55,154 nucleotides of DNA from Candidatus Kaiserbacteria bacterium (GCA_043719825.1 JAYSTK010000171.1:1-55154); one strand, 5' to 3'; shown: positions 43,754 to 53,291, counted from the stretch's first letter. The notes: generated by a model from the letters alone, not told the origin. Numbers and translations are program-made.

Positions 43754-44953
43754 TTAGTTATTTTCTATTTCACCGCACCCATGAAGTTTGTGGAAAAAAC
43801 GGGCAACAATGGAAAGGTACGGATCCGGTACATCATGATAACTTATTTCTTTGAGAAGATCTGCATTAAGAGTTAATAGCGCCTGATCTTGATGTATCAC
43901 TTTTTGAATAAATGGAGTCATTTCCTTCAATAATAAACGTGTGAGCGCATTTGGAGCCAAAATAAAAGCAGTTCGAGGGAATCTCCGTGTTGTAAAATTA
44001 ACGCGCATACTCTCTTCCAAAATTCGCGCAAAGGAACTTACACTTTTTTGCACTTCTTCCTCGGCTGTTTTAGAGAGGTTGCCGGATTCGAGCATTTCAA
44101 AAAGTGATGCGATCTCTACGGCTGTACGATCTTGTGTTTCCATCATACTCCTCATTAATGTATTCGTACCACTTTGAACCGTTAGACTTTCTACTAGAGT
44201 TCCACCCTCTACGAGGCCAAATTCAGTTGTTTCACCGGTGATATTGATAATGCACAGAGAGTCAGTCTTTGGGAAAAGATCACGAAGCACACAGTATAAA
44301 ACAAGTAGAAAAGTATGCGCGCGCACTTCAATATCGGGGAATATTTTTTCTTGTACTTCATACACCGCTTTAATAATGTCAGTCGGTACTAATCCTGTTA
44401 TATGCGCAAGTGAAATTGTTTTCCCTTTTAAACCAATAGGATTCTGTATCGGATAATCATTAATACGCACATCAATGGTTGCGCGCTCAACAATTTGAAA
44501 GTCTTGAACATTTTTTTCATCATCCGCTTGAATTTGATGCGTTATTTCAGATTCCGCACTTTTTACTAAATCCTCAATGAGTCCACGAGTAACACGCATA
44601 TCATCTTCGCCTTCATATTGAACATTTCTTGAGACGGTATATGACCAAGGAGAAGAACACGTAACAAAAATCTTTTGAACACGAGCATGCTTGTTATGAA
44701 GTGCGAGTGATTCAAGTCCATCTCTCGAAACAATTAAGCTTGCAGAAAATAGCGCTTCTCGCATCTGGCGCGTGTATTCAATGGTGCTTTGTGCCTTTTT
44801 TGTTATTCGTATGTGTACTCTGTGAGAAAAGATAACTCGTGGCAATTTCTCACTCTGCATTGATTCAATTATAGAAACACCGATACTCTCAGAGCTAATA
44901 TCAAAAATGACACCATAGACAACACCGTCTGTGTGCGATTTGAGACCAAACAT
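43754..44953 (-). CDS. hypothetical protein, possibly actin-like (ASKHA; FtsA/PilM-like) ATPase
   Basis: The N-terminal VYGVIFDISSESIGVSII resembles the phosphate-1 motif (hDIGsxxI) of FtsA/PilM-type proteins. Otherwise unrecognised. Confidence 0.45.
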   Translation of the reverse strand: MFGLKSHTDGVVYGVIFDISSESIGVSIIESMQSEKLPRVIFSHRVHIRITKKAQSTIEYTRQMREALFSASLIVSRDGLESLALHNKHARVQKIFVTCSSPWSYTVSRNVQYEGEDDMRVTRGLIEDLVKSAESEITHQIQADDEKNVQDFQIVERATIDVRINDYPIQNPIGLKGKTISLAHITGLVPTDIIKAVYEVQEKIFPDIEVRAHTFLLVLYCVLRDLFPKTDSLCIINITGETTEFGLVEGGTLVESLTVQSGTNTLMRSMMETQDRTAVEIASLFEMLESGNLSKTAEEEVQKSVSSFARILEESMRVNFTTRRFPRTAFILAPNALTRLLLKEMTPFIQKVIHQDQALLTLNADLLKEISYHDVPDPYLSIVARFFHKLHGCGEIENN

Positions 44954-45039
44954 TACACTAGTATACCCTGGAGCAGCTATAAAATAGTGCGTAATCTACA
45001 GTATGTAAAATATTAAGTTCCTTTTATCAAATCACACTT

Positions 45040-45120
45040 TAAAAACCACGCATAAAAATCTCAGGATTTTTTGCTACGCTCGGCAGCGGCCTCCGCGATG
45101 CTTTTTAACGTGTGATTTTA
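45040..45120. repeat. recurrent structured intergenic element, partial copy C
   Basis: AAAATC-TCAG-GATTTT hairpin, GCTACGCTC (box1), CGGCCTCCGC (box2-like). Flanked by the inverted repeat AAATCACAC (45029-37) / GTGTGATTT (45111-19). Confidence 0.35.
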
Positions 45121-45154
45121 CAAACGTATTCATAAATGTTGCTTAGATCAAAAT

Positions 45155-45206
45155 ATAAAAACAGAAAACCCCGCACCGAAGCGCGAAGCTTTCATTGTGC
45201 GGGGTT
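45155..45206 (-). terminator. terminator of the 45212..45589 gene
   Basis: Stem AACCCCGCAC (45167-76) / GTGCGGGGTT (45197-206). On the minus strand it is followed by TTCTGTTTTTATATTTT. Confidence 0.65.
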
Positions 45207-45211
45207 GGCAG

Positions 45212-45589
45212 CTAGTGCCTGATAGAAACGGCACGCTTCGTGGAGATGCCGTAACCATCGAATGCGTTGCTCACTTCTCCAGCGAAGACTTTCCACTTCT
45301 GAGTGGATCTATCCCAATAGAACATGTCGATGATGTATTCAGTCTGATGAGTTCGCATCGTACTGAACGGCAACGGACAGACGAGTCGCCTCGTGTGCTC
45401 CAGAACAATCAGCGGCGAATTTCGGTTGCTCACGTCCTTGGTCTCCCATCCAAGGCCCTTCCATTCCACGGGAATGTTTTCGCCACCAGTGTTCACGTCG
45501 TTGAGGACCTGTTGCTCGAGAGCGGAATCAATTGCATCGACCGAGTAACGGGCCCAAGCAGGTAGCCTTTTCAATTGGAAATTGAACAT
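45212..45589 (-). CDS. hypothetical protein, GC-richer than backbone
   Basis: 125 aa. GGAGG lies 6 nt upstream of the ATG. Has a consensus promoter and its own terminator, so I chose the minus frame over the overlapping plus ORF 45197..45565. Confidence 0.55.
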   Translation of the reverse strand: MFNFQLKRLPAWARYSVDAIDSALEQQVLNDVNTGGENIPVEWKGLGWETKDVSNRNSPLIVLEHTRRLVCPLPFSTMRTHQTEYIIDMFYWDRSTQKWKVFAGEVSNAFDGYGISTKRAVSIRH

Positions 45590-45613
45590 TGAATGCCTCC
45601 AGGCATGTGGTTG

Positions 45614-45653
45614 TACTGTATTTAATAATACAGTATATTATTTATATTGTCAA
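45614..45653 (-). promoter_or_regulatory. consensus promoter with a palindrome over the -10/TSS
   Basis: Minus strand: TTGACA (plus 45648-53), 17-nt spacer, TATTAT (45625-30). Palindrome TACTGTA-N8-TACAGTA at 45614-45635. Confidence 0.55.
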
Positions 45654-45679
45654 TAGCTATAAAATAGCTCTAATTAAGC

Positions 45680-47653
45680 TTATTCCAATACTGCTTTTAT
45701 ACGTCTGATTCCTTGTGACGAGGATTCCTCTTTTATGATTTTAAAAGTTCCTACAATGATACTCGTGTCCTCTACATGTGGGCCACCGCAAAGTTCACGC
45801 GAATACACCACATCATTGTTGCCAGTGATTGTGTATACCTTAACCTCATCAGGATAACGTTCCCAGAAGCTTCCTTCAATGGAGGTGTCAGCCTGTGCCG
45901 CTTCTTTCGATATGGTCTCAATGCTTACGCGTGCTTTCGCGCGAATTGCGTCATTAACAAACGCTTCTACGCGCCTTAGTAACTCGTCAGACACACGCTC
46001 AGGATGCGTAAAATCAAATCTAAGACGTTCGCCAGTGATATTCGAACCTGCTTGATGTACACCTTCTCCAAGTTCCTTACGGAGCCCTGCAAGAAGAAGA
46101 TGTGTTGCGGTGTGATACATGAGCACTTTGTCTGAATGATCGGCAAGGCCACCCTTAAATTTCTGTTCAGCACCTTTTCGAGAAAGTTCGCGATGTTCAT
46201 CCATCAAAGTATCAAATGTTTTTCTATCAACAGTGAGATTTTGCTCATGAGCAATTTCTTCAGTTAGTTCAATCGGGAAGCCGTATGTAGTAAAAAGCTC
46301 AAATGCATTTCTTCCACTTATGTGTTTTTCCCCGGTTGCTTTAGATTTTTGCTCAACGTAGACGATTCTGTCCTTAAGTTTAAGAGGAACGGTGAAGCGA
46401 TCATCCGGATGATTTTGTGATTCAACATTGACCCTGAGTGAAATTTTACTAAATTCTTTCAGTCCCTGTGCAAGCGTCTTACGAAATTGAGCTTCTTCCG
46501 CTCGAATAGTATTTTCAATCATTTCCTGCTTTTCCTCCAAGTTTTTGTAGTGGTCTTTGTATGTTTCTATAACGGTATGTGCTAAGTGTGCTAGTTCGCC
46601 TGGAGAAATTTTTAAAATATCTGCATACCGTACCGCGCGTCGAATAAGACGACGTACAAAATACCCTTGTTCAGTATTTGACGGGAGTACATTGTCACCA
46701 ATCATGAATACTGTTCCGCGAATATGATCTGTTATTACCCTGAAAGCAATTGTGTTGGATTCGTAGCTTGTCCCTGAGAGCATCTCAATATGCTGTACAA
46801 CGTTTTTAAGCAGATCAACAGTAAACACATCAGCATCATTGTTAGCTGCAGCTGCAATTCGTTCTAATCCCCCACCGAAATCAACATTTTGTTGCGGAAG
46901 TTTTTCAAATCCAGTTTCAGATTTAATATATTCAATAAATACTGAGTTTCCAATTTCAAGAAATCGACCGCAATCGCAGTTTGGGTGGCAGTGTGCACCG
47001 AATTTTGTATCGTGCGTTGTACCAAAATCATAAAAAACTTCACTGTCAGGTCCCCCGATTTCTCCTATGGGCATTTTCTCCGGCTTCCCTGCTCTTGACC
47101 ACCAATTCTTCCCAGCATCATAAAGAAAAATTCGCTCTCCCTCAGGCATCCCCTTTTCTCCGCCGTCTGCCTCGCTTCCCATAAATGCGACACCGTTTGA
47201 AACTTTTTGTTCATCAAAAAGCGATTTCCAGATTTCTATTGATTCTTCATCACGAGGTACACCATTTTCTTCGCTTCCTGAAAACACGGAAACATATATG
47301 CGTTTAGGGTCAAGTTTAACCTCTTCAATCAGGAATTTGTATAGCCAAGGCAATTGTTCTTCTTTAAAGTAATCTCCCAATGACCAATTTCCCAGCATTT
47401 CGAAAAATGTGGTATGACGATTATCCCCTACTTCCTCAATATCTTCTGCACGAAAGCATTTTTGTGAATCTGTGAGACGCTTTCCCATCGGATGCTTTTC
47501 ACCCATAAGATATGGCACAAGCGGTTGCATTCCACTTCCTGTAAAAAGCGTTGTTGGATCGTTTTCAGGTACGAGTGCTGAGGAGGGAATTACCATATGG
47601 CCGTTTTTAGCCATATACGCAAGATATTTAGTACGAATTTCGTTACCTGACAT
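45680..47653 (-). CDS. alaS: alanyl-tRNA synthetase lacking the C-Ala domain
   Basis: N-terminal IPSSALVPENDPTTLFTGSGMQP. Editing-domain HTATHLL and CGGPHV. The ORF ends about 40 aa after CGGPHV (657 aa). Confidence 0.93.
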   Translation of the reverse strand: MSGNEIRTKYLAYMAKNGHMVIPSSALVPENDPTTLFTGSGMQPLVPYLMGEKHPMGKRLTDSQKCFRAEDIEEVGDNRHTTFFEMLGNWSLGDYFKEEQLPWLYKFLIEEVKLDPKRIYVSVFSGSEENGVPRDEESIEIWKSLFDEQKVSNGVAFMGSEADGGEKGMPEGERIFLYDAGKNWWSRAGKPEKMPIGEIGGPDSEVFYDFGTTHDTKFGAHCHPNCDCGRFLEIGNSVFIEYIKSETGFEKLPQQNVDFGGGLERIAAAANNDADVFTVDLLKNVVQHIEMLSGTSYESNTIAFRVITDHIRGTVFMIGDNVLPSNTEQGYFVRRLIRRAVRYADILKISPGELAHLAHTVIETYKDHYKNLEEKQEMIENTIRAEEAQFRKTLAQGLKEFSKISLRVNVESQNHPDDRFTVPLKLKDRIVYVEQKSKATGEKHISGRNAFELFTTYGFPIELTEEIAHEQNLTVDRKTFDTLMDEHRELSRKGAEQKFKGGLADHSDKVLMYHTATHLLLAGLRKELGEGVHQAGSNITGERLRFDFTHPERVSDELLRRVEAFVNDAIRAKARVSIETISKEAAQADTSIEGSFWERYPDEVKVYTITGNNDVVYSRELCGGPHVEDTSIIVGTFKIIKEESSSQGIRRIKAVLE

Positions 47654-47818
47654 ATATATTATGAAGATTGTGTTCGAAACTATACTAAAAAAAGACTAAC
47701 TATTCCAGAACTAACAAAGTGAATGCAATTCGAGGCAAAACAAAATTTTTTACTTAAACATACACATCGTATGGTGGAGGAAAAAATTGAAGTTTTAACA
47801 AAGAAGTGCGTCAGCTTG

Positions 47819-48100
47819 TTAGTTCTGGTTGAATGCAGCGTCGATGGCACTGGTACATTCAGCTCCTAGACAATCAAAAAGTTGCGTCGAACCATTATAA
47901 AAGAGTACCTCAAGAAGATAACCGATCACAATAAGTGCTAATCCAATTATCGTGACATAGTGTTCACGTTTGATTGCTTTGAGCACTAATCCATCAATTG
48001 AATGTTCGTGAAATATACGTATGTGCACTCTAAGTACTGCAATACCTAAAATTAACTTACCCAGTGTGCCAAGCGTTATTCCCCATAAAAGTAAATTCAT
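47819..48100 (-). CDS. small 2-3 TM membrane protein, unknown
   Basis: 93-aa hydrophobic ORF. Confidence 0.45.
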   Translation of the reverse strand: MNLLLWGITLGTLGKLILGIAVLRVHIRIFHEHSIDGLVLKAIKREHYVTIIGLALIVIGYLLEVLFYNGSTQLFDCLGAECTSAIDAAFNQN

Positions 48101-48130
48101 ATATATATTGTGTCACACTGAACGTTGAAT

Positions 48131-49411
48131 TCAATGTGTAGCTGGGGTAATCGGAATACCTTCTTTGGAAATTGGCCCCGCTGCTGAAAGGGTAAGGTCT
48201 CGTGGATCAATGTGTTTTTTGACGGCGGTATTTACTTCTTCACACGAAAGTAGCTCCCGTTTTGATTCGAGGATAAGAAGATCTGACTCGGTATAGCCCA
48301 TAATTCGCGCATTGTGATACAACGCGAGGCGATGTGCATTCGAATCATGGGCAAGTGCAAATCTGTTTTTTTTGATTTCTTTAAAAATAGAAAGTTCTTC
48401 AATCGATATTCCATTCTTTACTATTGTGACAATTTCTTTGTTTGTTTCAATAATTCCCTTATTAAAATCTTTTGCGCTAAAAAAAGTATATACATTCCAA
48501 TGTGCTTGCGTACGCTCATCACGAATAACGGGAGTAGCATAAATACCATACGTAAGGCCATGTTTTTCTCGCACCGTACTCATCAGTCTTCCTGAAAAAC
48601 CTCCTAGAAGCCCGAGGACATCAATCCCAAAAGAGAGTGGGAGAAAATCCGAATCTTCAGGTGTAAGAGCAAGAAGTGCACCCATACGCACTTCGACATT
48701 AGTTTTTCCCTTGACGACTTCAAAATGGCTTGAACGATGTGGAGGAGTAATGGGTACTTCTGATCTATCAACTTGAGTTGTGAGTGAACCAAGAGTTACC
48801 ATTTTCTCAGTCACAAGTGAAGCCGATTCCTTGTCTCCTACCACCGTCACATACCATTCTCCTTTTAAAACATTCTGTGCAAGAAGTGAATATTTATTGG
48901 TATTTAATTGTTGAATATCATTTTTATCCTCTTTGAGCGTGCGACTTCGAAGAGAACTCCCCGGTGGAAAAAGTAAATTTAGAAAATTGATGTGCGCAAT
49001 TTTTTTTGCATTGTCATGATCTTCACGATTTTCTTCCAAAAATAGAATTTGCTTTCGCGTAAATTCTTTTGTATCAAGTTTTGGATTTAGAAGCAGTTCT
49101 TTAAGAATGAGAAGTGCCCGGGGTAGATTCTGTTTGCGAACGACAATCGAGATAGTAATTATGTCATTATGTACTGAAATTTTAAGCGAGATTCCATGCT
49201 GTTTGAGGTAGTAATCAAGTGCCTCTTTTGAATACTTTTGTGTACCGCTTAAAAAGAGCGCTGCGTACATATGTAGTGAAACATCTGTATATACCTTCCT
49301 ATACTGAGGAATGACCATGCTCAGTTTCATTTGTACGAGAGAAGGATCAAGTGATGTGACACTCGTAATGTGAATAGATTCGTAATCAGTATGTGCAGTA
49401 TAGTGCTTCAT
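48131..49411 (-). CDS. M16 family peptidase, non-catalytic-type subunit (no HxxEH)
   Basis: M16-like length. Translationally coupled (ATGA at 49411) to the HxxEH-bearing upstream gene. No HxxEH motif seen. Confidence 0.7.
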   Translation of the reverse strand: MKHYTAHTDYESIHITSVTSLDPSLVQMKLSMVIPQYRKVYTDVSLHMYAALFLSGTQKYSKEALDYYLKQHGISLKISVHNDIITISIVVRKQNLPRALLILKELLLNPKLDTKEFTRKQILFLEENREDHDNAKKIAHINFLNLLFPPGSSLRSRTLKEDKNDIQQLNTNKYSLLAQNVLKGEWYVTVVGDKESASLVTEKMVTLGSLTTQVDRSEVPITPPHRSSHFEVVKGKTNVEVRMGALLALTPEDSDFLPLSFGIDVLGLLGGFSGRLMSTVREKHGLTYGIYATPVIRDERTQAHWNVYTFFSAKDFNKGIIETNKEIVTIVKNGISIEELSIFKEIKKNRFALAHDSNAHRLALYHNARIMGYTESDLLILESKRELLSCEEVNTAVKKHIDPRDLTLSAAGPISKEGIPITPATH

Positions 49412-50760
49412 TATATAGTTGTTGATTCTTTTTCTAGTGTCCCAATTGTTGCATTTCTGAGAGTTAAATATTCTGCAGCAGCATTTTTTACTTCCTCACG
49501 TGTTATCGATTCAATTTCCGGGAGTGTATTGAGATATTGTTTCCAATTCCCTGTCGCAACATATTCCGCAAGCTCCGTTCCTATGTTATGACTCCCGTCT
49601 CTTCCTTTAATTGTTTCAATGAGAATATATTCTTTAATTAATTTAAGTTTTTTTTCAGAAATACCCTTTTTTATAAGTATGGTTATTTCTCGCATAACAA
49701 TTTCTTCAATAGCGGCATAGTTACCTTCTTTTGTCGCATATATACTGAAAAATGCCAAAAACGGATCCTTTGTAGGATACAGATGTGCACCTATTTCTGT
49801 AGCGTGACCTCCCTCTACAAGCTCCTTATAAAGCGGGCTTGTCTCCCCGTGGGAAAGGTAAAGAAGAGCTATCGTAAGCGCATTCCATGATCGAGACTGT
49901 AATGGAGGCGCCTTAAAAGCGATAGCTGTGTACCGTAATGGGGTTTCCCTAATAAGTGACACACGCCTTACTCCAGCTTGAATGGGTTCTTTTCGTAAAG
50001 GCTTTGTATGAATGACTGGTATATTCGAAATAGAAGAGAAATGTTTTTCAACACGAGGGAGAACTTCCTTTGCATTTAGGTCTCCGACAAGAATAAGTGT
50101 GGCATTATTGGGCCAATAATGCTTATTATAAAATGATGTGAGCGACTTAAGTGAGTACTGCTCTATGTCGCTTTTAAATCCAATTGTATCGTGATGATAC
50201 CCATGGAGCGTAAATGCAGCTTGGACCATTTCCCATTCGAGGACGGAATCAGGTTTACTGTTTTGGATTTCGTATTCACTGAGCACATTCGCGCGCTCAG
50301 GATTAAATTCTTCTTGAGTGAGCACTACATTTCGCATCCGATCTGCTTCAACTTCGAGCATTCCGTCAAGATATTCTTTAGGAAGAGTGAAATAGTATAA
50401 TGTACGATCAAGCCACGTTGTAGCATTTAAATGTGCACCCTTGTTTTCTAGGTCTTTCCACTTCGTACCTGTTCCTGTCGTGGGCTTAAAGAGCATATGT
50501 TCAAGCATATGTGCAAGACCTGTCTCTCCCGTTCGCTCATCTTGTGATCCAACTTTATATAAAATTGTAGAAGTTACAGTAGGGCTCTGTGGTAGTTGAA
50601 CAATAAGTACAGTGAGTCCATTTGTATCAGAATGATACTCAGTAATATTACTTTTCTTCGTTATGAGAGAAAAAGAACCAATTTTAGTATTAGCCTTGGT
50701 ACCGCGCTTCGCGGGAACGTTCAACTTCACCAATGAATGATTTGAATTCTTCGAAGACAT
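49411..50760 (-). CDS. M16 family zinc peptidase, catalytic subunit
   Basis: HMLEHMLF (HxxEH). Either in-frame ATG (50784 or 50760) overlaps the HD gene end (50690) by 70 nt or more, so the true start may be a non-ATG codon further downstream. Confidence 0.78.
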   Translation of the reverse strand: MSSKNSNHSLVKLNVPAKRGTKANTKIGSFSLITKKSNITEYHSDTNGLTVLIVQLPQSPTVTSTILYKVGSQDERTGETGLAHMLEHMLFKPTTGTGTKWKDLENKGAHLNATTWLDRTLYYFTLPKEYLDGMLEVEADRMRNVVLTQEEFNPERANVLSEYEIQNSKPDSVLEWEMVQAAFTLHGYHHDTIGFKSDIEQYSLKSLTSFYNKHYWPNNATLILVGDLNAKEVLPRVEKHFSSISNIPVIHTKPLRKEPIQAGVRRVSLIRETPLRYTAIAFKAPPLQSRSWNALTIALLYLSHGETSPLYKELVEGGHATEIGAHLYPTKDPFLAFFSIYATKEGNYAAIEEIVMREITILIKKGISEKKLKLIKEYILIETIKGRDGSHNIGTELAEYVATGNWKQYLNTLPEIESITREEVKNAAAEYLTLRNATIGTLEKESTTI

Positions 50761-51289
50761 GATTGAATTCAGAGAGTATAGCATTATCGAGGCTCCTATT
50801 GAAAATATTGCTTATTTCTTGGTACATAAAGATTCGATCATTCATAGAATCTCCAAAATCAGCGATGAGTCGCCCATGATCCTCATAATATGCCTCAACC
50901 ATTGAACGCATGTTATGAATCTTATCAGCAGCAGCTACGAGAAGAGATTCTTGTGACGCTTCTTTAAGTTGTTTTACATATTTTTTCTTCTGCTCCACCC
51001 AAGAATCAGAAGCATCAGTGTCCTTTCGTGTTATAGACATCACTATTTCTAAAACCGTATGCCCAAAGTCTTCATTCAGCTCTTCACTCGTATAATCCGT
51101 ATCTTCAATTGTGTCATGAAGGAGCGCCGCAATGATGACGTCTTCATTGTTAGTGTAATCGGCGACAATCATCGCCACTGCAAATACATGAGTGACATAG
51201 GGATAAGGAACTTCTCCTTTCCGAATTTGATCTTTATGCAAAATTGCAGCTGCACGTATTGCTTGTTCGATACGGAATGAGTAGTGCAT
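50690..51289 (-). CDS. HD-domain (p)ppGpp hydrolase-like protein (small alarmone hydrolase type)
   Basis: AAILHKDQIRKG..PYVTHVFAVA...AALLHDTIEDT, as in the RelA/SpoT hydrolase domain. 199 aa, no synthetase domain. Confidence 0.78.
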   Translation of the reverse strand: MHYSFRIEQAIRAAAILHKDQIRKGEVPYPYVTHVFAVAMIVADYTNNEDVIIAALLHDTIEDTDYTSEELNEDFGHTVLEIVMSITRKDTDASDSWVEQKKKYVKQLKEASQESLLVAAADKIHNMRSMVEAYYEDHGRLIADFGDSMNDRIFMYQEISNIFNRSLDNAILSEFNHVFEEFKSFIGEVERSREARYQG

Positions 51290-51291
51290 AA

Positions 51292-51624
51292 TTATTTCTT
51301 TGCTGCAGCTCGTTCAGACTCTTTTTGAGCATCAATTCTTAACTTTGCTATTTCAGCATTTTTTGCAGTAAGTGTCGAAGTAAAGCCAAGTTTTTTTCTC
51401 GCTATATCCTCTTGTTTTCTATTAATTTTATGCACCTCCTCTTCTGCTGAATTTAGTTTTCGTTGTAATTCCGATAAATCTCGCTTAACATCGTCAACTA
51501 TTCTGTTGGCACGATCCAGATTCTGCCGTTCCTGTTGCTCATCTTTTTCAAATAAAGTAATTTCTCTCTGAGCATTCAAAATTTCTCGTTCGATTCTATT
51601 AATTTCAGAATCTAAATTTCCCAT
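51292..51624 (-). CDS. coiled-coil protein, unknown
   Basis: 110 aa, heptad-rich and charged. Confidence 0.45.
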   Translation of the reverse strand: MGNLDSEINRIEREILNAQREITLFEKDEQQERQNLDRANRIVDDVKRDLSELQRKLNSAEEEVHKINRKQEDIARKKLGFTSTLTAKNAEIAKLRIDAQKESERAAAKK

Positions 51625-51626
51625 GT

Positions 51627-51902
51627 TTATTTCAAATTAGCGCCTTCACGTAATAAAAGTTTTCTTTTAACCCGTATTCCTCCCCTATTGTATCCTCCGA
51701 GAGTTCCATCACTCCTGATAACTCTGTGACATGGGATTGCTTCATCATAATTCCCTGCCATGATCCGTGCAACAGCACGTGCTGCATTTGGATTCCCGGC
51801 TTGTATAGCCACTTCTTTATACGAAAGTGTTTTTCCTTTAGAAATTTTACGCACCGTGTCTCGTACTTTCTCATTGAATGTTAAAATGCTTTTATTTTCC
51901 AT
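51627..51902 (-). CDS. single-domain methylated-DNA-protein-cysteine methyltransferase (MGMT/Ogt C-domain)
   Basis: IPCHRVI active-site motif, NPNAARAVARIM, KRKLLLREG. I set the start at MENKSIL. Overlaps the upstream nuclease gene by 11 nt. Confidence 0.8.
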   Translation of the reverse strand: MENKSILTFNEKVRDTVRKISKGKTLSYKEVAIQAGNPNAARAVARIMAGNYDEAIPCHRVIRSDGTLGGYNRGGIRVKRKLLLREGANLK

Positions 51903-52668
51903 GATGAATTGCTTGAAGCTTTTTCCCACACGCTTCTCTGTACGGGCAGTACTCGCACGAATTGCCAATTTGAGGAAATACGTCACTTTGTAGACACGTT
52001 TTAATTTCGCCTAGAACTTTTGGTATCCAGCTTTTATTTCCGCTTGTAGGAATTACTGTTGTGTCAAAATGGAGAGCATTTTCAAATGATTCACGAGATG
52101 CATCGCCATTGGTATACACAAAGTATCCTACTTCTTCAACGTTAAAACCATTTTGCTCTAGAAGCCATTGATATACACCAATCTGCCTTGCATACTGTTC
52201 AGCCCAACTAGAATCTTCAAGAGAAAGAATTTTCTCGGGTTTTGACGTTGCTTTATAATCTACAACAATGAGCGAATTTTCTGGAGTAACCCAAAGATCA
52301 TCAACGGCTCCCGACACGAGTAAACCAGTCTCTTGATGCACATGGGTTATGCCTTGAAAAGGATCGCGCCATGTTTCGAGAGAAGCGTGGAGAAAAGGAA
52401 TCGCATTAATTTTATATTTTTCCATCAATGGATGCGAAGTTTGTGTTTTTCTATACGCATCAAATTCCTTTTTAAAAAGTGTGTCTACGGCAACATTGAG
52501 AGTGAACGTTGGGATACTTGGACGCTTCGTCCCTAATTTATTATCCAAATAGAAGCATCGTGGACATTCAATAAAAAGATCAATTTTTGATCGAGAAAGT
52601 TTCCATTTTTCACCTCCATAATTCCACTCGCTACTTCGGTTTGGATTATATTTTTTTATGTATGCCAT
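51892..52668 (-). CDS. Cas4-like PD-(D/E)XK nuclease with Fe-S cysteines
   Basis: N-terminal CPRC, core GAVDDLWV...IVVDYKAT (D...DxK), C-terminal CEYCPYREAC. Confidence 0.72.
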   Translation of the reverse strand: MAYIKKYNPNRSSEWNYGGEKWKLSRSKIDLFIECPRCFYLDNKLGTKRPSIPTFTLNVAVDTLFKKEFDAYRKTQTSHPLMEKYKINAIPFLHASLETWRDPFQGITHVHQETGLLVSGAVDDLWVTPENSLIVVDYKATSKPEKILSLEDSSWAEQYARQIGVYQWLLEQNGFNVEEVGYFVYTNGDASRESFENALHFDTTVIPTSGNKSWIPKVLGEIKTCLQSDVFPQIGNSCEYCPYREACGKKLQAIHHGK

Positions 52669-52703
52669 GTAGAGTACAAGTATAGCAAAGTATTACCGTC
52701 AAC

Positions 52704-52730
52704 AAAAAAGCCCCGAATGGGGCTTTTTTG
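52704..52730. terminator. bidirectional terminator
   Basis: AAAAAAGCCCC-GAAT-GGGGCTTTTTT. Confidence 0.8.
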
Positions 52731-52745
52731 TTGATTCAGCAAATA

Positions 52746-53291
52746 TTAGTTTGCTTTGAATGTCTCACTGAGACCATCAATGAGTACATCATCCTTCATT
52801 GAGAATGATGTGTTTGTCTTTTCTTCAAAAAATACTACTTGATATGTGCTACCAACGCTTGTATTTCGTAGTAATTCTACTGATGTTGGAATAAGTCCTT
52901 CATCAAGATTGTATCGTGAAGCTCCAAGTGCATTACCACCCACACCTCCAATATAATCACGAACAACTACCCACCCGCTATTTGTTGGAAATTCAACATC
53001 TCCGAGAATAACTGTATTACCTGCTTTTTGATCAGCAACATTTATTTCTCCATCACCTGCAGTTACTACGGGCTTTGAAATATCTTCTTCATCATCAGCA
53101 TTAGTATTTGTATCGACGTTGTCTGTATCATTATTCCGATTCTCTTCTTCTACTTGAACGGTGTTGTCATTATCTGTAGGAATATCTTCCGGTGATGAAG
53201 AAAATACCCACACAAGGAGACCGCCTATAAGAAGTCCCGTAATAAAAGCTACCACTGTTTTCTGTCCTTCCTGTTTTTCTGCTTCTGACAT
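52746..53291 (-). CDS. membrane-anchored protein with acidic linker, unknown
   Basis: 181 aa with a TM (VVAFITGLLIGGLLVWVF), then an Asp/Asn-rich stretch and a beta-rich domain. Confidence 0.5.
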   Translation of the reverse strand: MSEAEKQEGQKTVVAFITGLLIGGLLVWVFSSSPEDIPTDNDNTVQVEEENRNNDTDNVDTNTNADDEEDISKPVVTAGDGEINVADQKAGNTVILGDVEFPTNSGWVVVRDYIGGVGGNALGASRYNLDEGLIPTSVELLRNTSVGSTYQVVFFEEKTNTSFSMKDDVLIDGLSETFKAN

